Assembly: GCA_965277715.1 (NCBI GenBank)
Contig: OZ255836.1
Span: forward strand, 1 to 64,000
Length of the DNA: 64,000 nt
Reading direction: 5' to 3'
From: Gammaproteobacteria bacterium
GTDB lineage: Bacteria > Pseudomonadota > Gammaproteobacteria > JBCCGL01
In this document: in pieces, positions 59,271 to 64,000 of the stretch
How the letters are laid out: the number at the start of each line of letters is the position of its first letter
Position numbering within the stretch: position 1 is the first letter of the stretch
The notes under the pieces: generated by a model
What the model saw: the letters and a program-made list of their open reading frames with translations, nothing else
The model's database searches: none
Told to the model about the DNA's origin: nothing
Made by a program: the position numbers and the translations under genes

Positions 59271-62200
59271 TAGTATTTTCCTGAATAGTCTATATCATAA
59301 ACAGATCTATTTCGAAGAGCCACAGTATCCTTTATAGAATCATAAATTAATGGGTTTTGAGAATTAGAACTACTCAACAAAAACCTCCAAACACTAAAGC
59401 CACTTGTAGCAAGATCCATCGACGTACTCGAAACAATATCACGTAAAGATGTTGGGTGAAACCCAGCCGGGCCGACCAAAGAAAATAACCGATCTATGAA
59501 CCCCATATTTCTTGATTTAAGGTATCCTTCATTTAGCAGATACTCCGCATAATCAACATGCTTGTCTGATATTTCTTCAGGAACGTCATCAAAATAAAAC
59601 TTAAACACTTTTTTGGCTTGATCTTTGTCTAAATTAAGTTTTAAAGCATCTTCTGAATCAGTTTTCTTTTGTTCTCCTTTATCGTTATACATATAAACAA
59701 AAGCCGCCTGAATTGCCCCCTGCAAAAAATCCCCTCCAGCCGCCTTACTCGCCAAACCACCCAAAATAGATATACCCGCTATATTATCCAGCGCTGTACC
59801 TTCTAAATAATGCCCCCCAACCTTCGCAACAAACCCACTGGCAAGCCCCGCCTGAAACTCCCCTCCCTGAATTTCACTAATCAATCCCTGAAAAACCCCA
59901 TGCGCCAACGCCTGCGAAAACCACGCATTCTCTCCAGTAAAAATGCCACCATGACCTATTTGATCCGTAACCCCTCCACTCACACCACCAATAATCCCTC
60001 CCTGAAGCGCCGCACCAAAATCACCACCGCTGGCGAAATAGCCGTTCACAAACCCCACCAAAGCACCATTGGCTACCGCTGCTCCAGTCGCACCTAACGT
60101 CGTTGAGATTGCCAGGCCCGGTTCTATTATGGTCGTACTGACAACAGTATTTGCCGAAAATACAGGATTGGCTATCAACAACGCACTGGCCACAGCAAAA
60201 CTCACCGTGCGAATCGTTGGGTCATCCGTAGTGGACCCGATAACATAAAGCACCGCCGCAACGACAAAGTGCCACCAGTGCCCGGTAGGGTCACTGTACT
60301 TCAGCGGATTCCCCACCACATACATATAGCGGTTATACGCCATCCCCATACCCGGTTCAGGCACCACGCTGTCGGCACTGATAAACCGCCCAATTACCGG
60401 ATCATACAGACGCGCATTCATATTAATTAAGCCAGTTTCCGCTACCGATTCGTGCCCGGTGTAACCACGTAGCTCGTGTCGTTTAAACGCCGGGCTTGGT
60501 TTGTTCGCACTCAGGTTTTCACCATACGGTGCAAACTGATTGCGCATCACCACATTACCGTGGCTGTCGGTTACCGTATCGACGCTACCCAAGGCGTCAC
60601 GGTGAATATAGGCCACCTTATCGGGCGTTTCGGTCGTGCCCACCAGCGTCTTCTCGTAGGTAGCCACGACCTGACCATCAACAAAAATATTGTGTCTGGC
60701 ACGGTTTATCACCTCGCCGTTGGCATCCGTTTCGGTCACAAGCTCCAAACCGGGGGTGATGTAGTAGGTGGTCTGCCCATTAGCCTGACGCGATACGCGG
60801 TTTTGTTCGCTGTCGTAACGGTAATCGACCTGGTGGCCCGACTGGCTGACGCGTGCCACTTTGTTAAAACTGGTCCAGGTGTAACTTCTGCCGTCACCCG
60901 ACTGCATATTGCCATTGGCGTCGTAAAGATAGGTATGATTAGCTCCGGTTGGGTCTACCCGACTTTGCAGACGATTGTTGGCCGCGTAACTCATCGAACC
61001 CGCGTCGCTCTTGTGGGTGATGTTGCCTCGGCTATCGTAGCTGTAGCTGCGCGCCAACTGCCGCTGTGGATCGCTATATTGCCAGCTTTGCAGGCGATCC
61101 AGGCTATCGTAGCCGTAGTGCTCACTTACACCTGCCAGCGTATCGTGTCGGCTGGTGACGTTATAACGTTTGTCGTAGCTGTAGCTCAGGTTGCGCAGCA
61201 AATCGTTGCCGATACCAGTTTTGATGCTGTTCAACCACCCGGTGTTACGATCAAACTCGCGCCGAGTCAGCAGGCCATTGCCATACAATTCGCCCTGCAA
61301 ACGGCCCGCCGCATCACGGCTGGTCGACGCCCATAACAATACTGTTTTATCATCCTGAGTATCGTCACCCAATACTGTTTCCAGTTCCTGCGCGGCATTT
61401 CTCAGATCTTCCAACTCTGTGCTAATAGCCGCAAGCATATCGGTTTGACGGCGCGCCATGTCCGCATAAATCGTTGCCAGCGCCATATAGTTACTGGCCA
61501 GTGCACCATATTCATCGGCAACGCCATCAAAATGGGCAAGCTGCGCATTGGAATCGTCGAGTTGTTCAGCTATTGCATCCGCTTCTGACTGCCATTGGCT
61601 GGCCGCTTGCAGATACACTTCTGATACATTAATACGCGATTTTGGCCCCCATACACAGTGGGTAACAGTGATCTCCGCAAAATCCTGACTCTTGCCGAGT
61701 CTGCGAACGTAGCTAGTGCAATTATCGGTATCCTGAATCAGGTTGGCCTCTATCCATTGGTGGAAACTGTTGCGATTCTTGCAATGCCTTTTCCAGTTAC
61801 TATTGGTACACTCGGTATTGCTGTAGAGGTGGTAACCGTTGGTAGTGCGCTGGTATTCGAGGTAATTGCTGCCGAAGGCCTGCCAGGCTACGTCCGCCGT
61901 TGTGCGATAATTGCTGGCGCGATCCTGAGCGTGGCGCAACGCGGCTTCCAGCTCGGCGATACCCGCTTGTATCTGCTGGGTTTCAGTTAAGGTGGTAGCC
62001 TGTTGTGCGTAGAGCTGGTTGGCCAGTGTGCGAAATTTCTCCAGCTGACCTGCATAGTGACCGGCTCGACTTTCATATTCAGTGGCGATGCTTTCCAACC
62101 CGGCTATGCGCTGCAGAATCGCTCTAAAGGCATCTTCAATTTGTAGGTAGTCATAGTCCCAGATAACGCTTTTGGGGATGCTGACCCGCTTGAGATTGCC

Positions 62201-64000
62201 ATCCAATGTGTAGTCGTGCTCAAGCACAACGCCGTCGGCATGTTCAACCTTATCGATACGGCTGGCTTGGTCGTAACTGTTGCGCGTGGTAAAGCGGCGA
62301 CCATCGATATTCAGGGTTTCGCTGTCTGGTCTGGCGAGATCATCATAGGTGTAGCGACGCAGCGATTCCGGCCCTTCGCGCTCGCTGAGCTGGCCCAGGC
62401 CGTTTTCGGCACTGTCGTAACGCCAATGGTAGTTTCCATCGACCTGTTGGCTGGCCGTTTTACGGCCCAGCACATCGTATTGCAATACAACTTCCTGGCC
62501 CTTGGCATCCTTTTGGTAAATCAGCTCGCCGAAGGCATTGTAGCGGTATTCCCAACGCCCCATCGAGGGGTCGCTCATCGCTATTTTATTGCCCAGCTGG
62601 TCGTACTCCAGCGTGGTGATATAGCCGTTACTATTGGTTTGAATAGCGTTACCCAAGGCATCGTACTGATAGCTGACCGTGGACGCACCATTTTCATCAA
62701 TGGAAACAGGGTTATCGCGCACATCGCTTACCGTGACCTTACGATAATCATTGGGTTCAATAACGGTAGTAGTCAGCCCCTGGTATTCATAGCGGGTGGT
62801 AATAGGGCCATCACTGGATGGCATATGTTGCGCCAGTTGTCGGCCCAGTTGGTCATACTCAATGGTCGACCAGAAAGTGTTATCACCGGGGAAATGACCT
62901 TCAAAATACGGCAGGGTGGCAGCGGCAATTTGACCACGGTGGTTGTATACCTTATCGGTAATCACGTATTTGTAATTGCCGTCCAGGTGCATAGTGCGCA
63001 CTTCGCGATCCAGGGCATCGTAGTATATGCGTGACCAGGCACCGGTCGTGTTGTTGCGCTCGGTAATCATATACACGCTGCGATCCCCCAGCGGCAGCCC
63101 CAGGGACTGGTAATCCAGCCCTGCGTCGGCGCCGTCACTCCACTGGTAAAACCACTCGGTCACCTGGCCATCTGGCAGGGTTTCCTTGATTTTTCGACAG
63201 GCACCATCGTACTCCCACAAGACACTCAGGCCATTGGCATCGGTTTGTGCCACCGGCAGCCCGCACAGTGCATGGTACTGCGTGCGGTTGGTATGCCCCA
63301 GTGCATTAGTGGCAAGCCCAGGGCGGCCATCGACGTCGTATTCACCCAGGCTGCTAGTACGCGTTTCGCTACTCTCAACGCCCTTGATGAAGGTCTGTGT
63401 GAGATTACCTTCGGTGTTATAGCTAAAGGTACTTTCCAGGGCCAATGGATGACCGGGCTGTATGGTTTCAGTACGCAGGGCGCCGTTGGGGTAGTAGCTG
63501 AACGCGGTGGCGCGTTTTTTGGTATCACCTGGCACAGAGTGGGTAACTTCTATTGTTAAGGGTTTGGCCAGTACCCACTCGGCCTCATCGTTGAGGTAAT
63601 TACTCTCAGTAAGTTGACGATACTCGATACCATCGGCACCACGGGTAACCGTTTCCAAGCGCAGCAGCTGGTCGAAAGCGTTGTATGCGTGGTAGTGGGT
63701 TTCCTCGGTTTTTATCAGGCTGCCGTCGAGTGCGTAATCGTGCTCTACAGAATAGCTAACACGAGCGCGCTCCCGACCGGTAAGTGGGTCGGTTATTTCT
63801 TCGTGAGTGGAGGCGGTTTCGCTTATCAGCTGGCCGTTAGAATGCTGGGTCACGCGCACTGGCGTGCCTTTTAGCAGCTCATCGGTGCTGTACTCGGTCA
63901 AGGTAGTGAGGCCGCTGGTGAGATTGCGTTTCTCTATCTTGTGGTAACCAACAGCACCATCTTCACGGTGGGTTTTATAGCCCTGGTAGTGGAATTCCAG
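59270..64000 (-). CDS. Large Rhs/YD-repeat polymorphic toxin, 5' end outside the window
   Basis: Frame open to 64000; YD repeats, RGYTGHE, MNARLYDP and PLKYSDPTG motifs; Gly-rich hydrophobic region, then an AT-rich variable tip. Confidence 0.93.
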   Translation of the reverse strand: MEFHYQGYKTHREDGAVGYHKIEKRNLTSGLTTLTEYSTDELLKGTPVRVTQHSNGQLISETASTHEEITDPLTGRERARVSYSVEHDYALDGSLIKTEETHYHAYNAFDQLLRLETVTRGADGIEYRQLTESNYLNDEAEWVLAKPLTIEVTHSVPGDTKKRATAFSYYPNGALRTETIQPGHPLALESTFSYNTEGNLTQTFIKGVESSETRTSSLGEYDVDGRPGLATNALGHTNRTQYHALCGLPVAQTDANGLSVLWEYDGACRKIKETLPDGQVTEWFYQWSDGADAGLDYQSLGLPLGDRSVYMITERNNTTGAWSRIYYDALDREVRTMHLDGNYKYVITDKVYNHRGQIAAATLPYFEGHFPGDNTFWSTIEYDQLGRQLAQHMPSSDGPITTRYEYQGLTTTVIEPNDYRKVTVSDVRDNPVSIDENGASTVSYQYDALGNAIQTNSNGYITTLEYDQLGNKIAMSDPSMGRWEYRYNAFGELIYQKDAKGQEVVLQYDVLGRKTASQQVDGNYHWRYDSAENGLGQLSEREGPESLRRYTYDDLARPDSETLNIDGRRFTTRNSYDQASRIDKVEHADGVVLEHDYTLDGNLKRVSIPKSVIWDYDYLQIEDAFRAILQRIAGLESIATEYESRAGHYAGQLEKFRTLANQLYAQQATTLTETQQIQAGIAELEAALRHAQDRASNYRTTADVAWQAFGSNYLEYQRTTNGYHLYSNTECTNSNWKRHCKNRNSFHQWIEANLIQDTDNCTSYVRRLGKSQDFAEITVTHCVWGPKSRINVSEVYLQAASQWQSEADAIAEQLDDSNAQLAHFDGVADEYGALASNYMALATIYADMARRQTDMLAAISTELEDLRNAAQELETVLGDDTQDDKTVLLWASTSRDAAGRLQGELYGNGLLTRREFDRNTGWLNSIKTGIGNDLLRNLSYSYDKRYNVTSRHDTLAGVSEHYGYDSLDRLQSWQYSDPQRQLARSYSYDSRGNITHKSDAGSMSYAANNRLQSRVDPTGANHTYLYDANGNMQSGDGRSYTWTSFNKVARVSQSGHQVDYRYDSEQNRVSRQANGQTTYYITPGLELVTETDANGEVINRARHNIFVDGQVVATYEKTLVGTTETPDKVAYIHRDALGSVDTVTDSHGNVVMRNQFAPYGENLSANKPSPAFKRHELRGYTGHESVAETGLINMNARLYDPVIGRFISADSVVPEPGMGMAYNRYMYVVGNPLKYSDPTGHWWHFVVAAVLYVIGSTTDDPTIRTVSFAVASALLIANPVFSANTVVSTTIIEPGLAISTTLGATGAAVANGALVGFVNGYFASGGDFGAALQGGIIGGVSGGVTDQIGHGGIFTGENAWFSQALAHGVFQGLISEIQGGEFQAGLASGFVAKVGGHYLEGTALDNIAGISILGGLASKAAGGDFLQGAIQAAFVYMYNDKGEQKKTDSEDALKLNLDKDQAKKVFKFYFDDVPEEISDKHVDYAEYLLNEGYLKSRNMGFIDRLFSLVGPAGFHPTSLRDIVSSTSMDLATSGFSVWRFLLSSSNSQNPLIYDSIKDTVALRNRSVYDIDYSGKY

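Noticed and set aside
53766-63034. Long plus-strand ORFs 53766-54467, 60476-61336 and 62216-63034
   Set aside because: Antisense to Rhs repeats, with no recognisable motifs

Overview
Gammaproteobacterial-type chromosomal window with three parts. (1) 1-18.8 kb is mostly core: a TctC-like fragment, sauS/sauT-like sulfoacetate genes, an AT-rich MNT-HEPN gene with attC-like sites and MITEs, then lpxH-ppiB-ppiA, cysS, USP, an AGCS transporter, bepA, tusA, xseA and guaBA. (2) About 18.8-48 kb is a decayed island integrated at the guaA 3' end. It holds an inactivated tyrosine integrase, a small tyrosine recombinase split by IS481, and two copies of a module made of a conserved leader, a mini H-NS-like gene and different cargo: a mycobacterial-type polyprenyl-phospho-arabinose operon in one, a methyltransferase in the other. 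These are buried under nested IS3, ISL3, IS481, IS66, IS4, ISKra4, IS1595 and IS110 elements. The IS110 remnant keeps a readable bridge-RNA-like region whose guides match its own insertion site, the CWDNA codons of an IS3 transposase. (3) 48-64 kb has an IS-disrupted lnt paralog, a small secreted protein and an Rhs/YD polymorphic toxin locus. That locus includes orphan CT/immunity modules, Y1 (HUH) transposase remnants, dif-like sites and a long helical insertion in the Rhs shell. I saw no rRNA, tRNA or CRISPR array. All family calls come from motifs read by eye, not from database searches.
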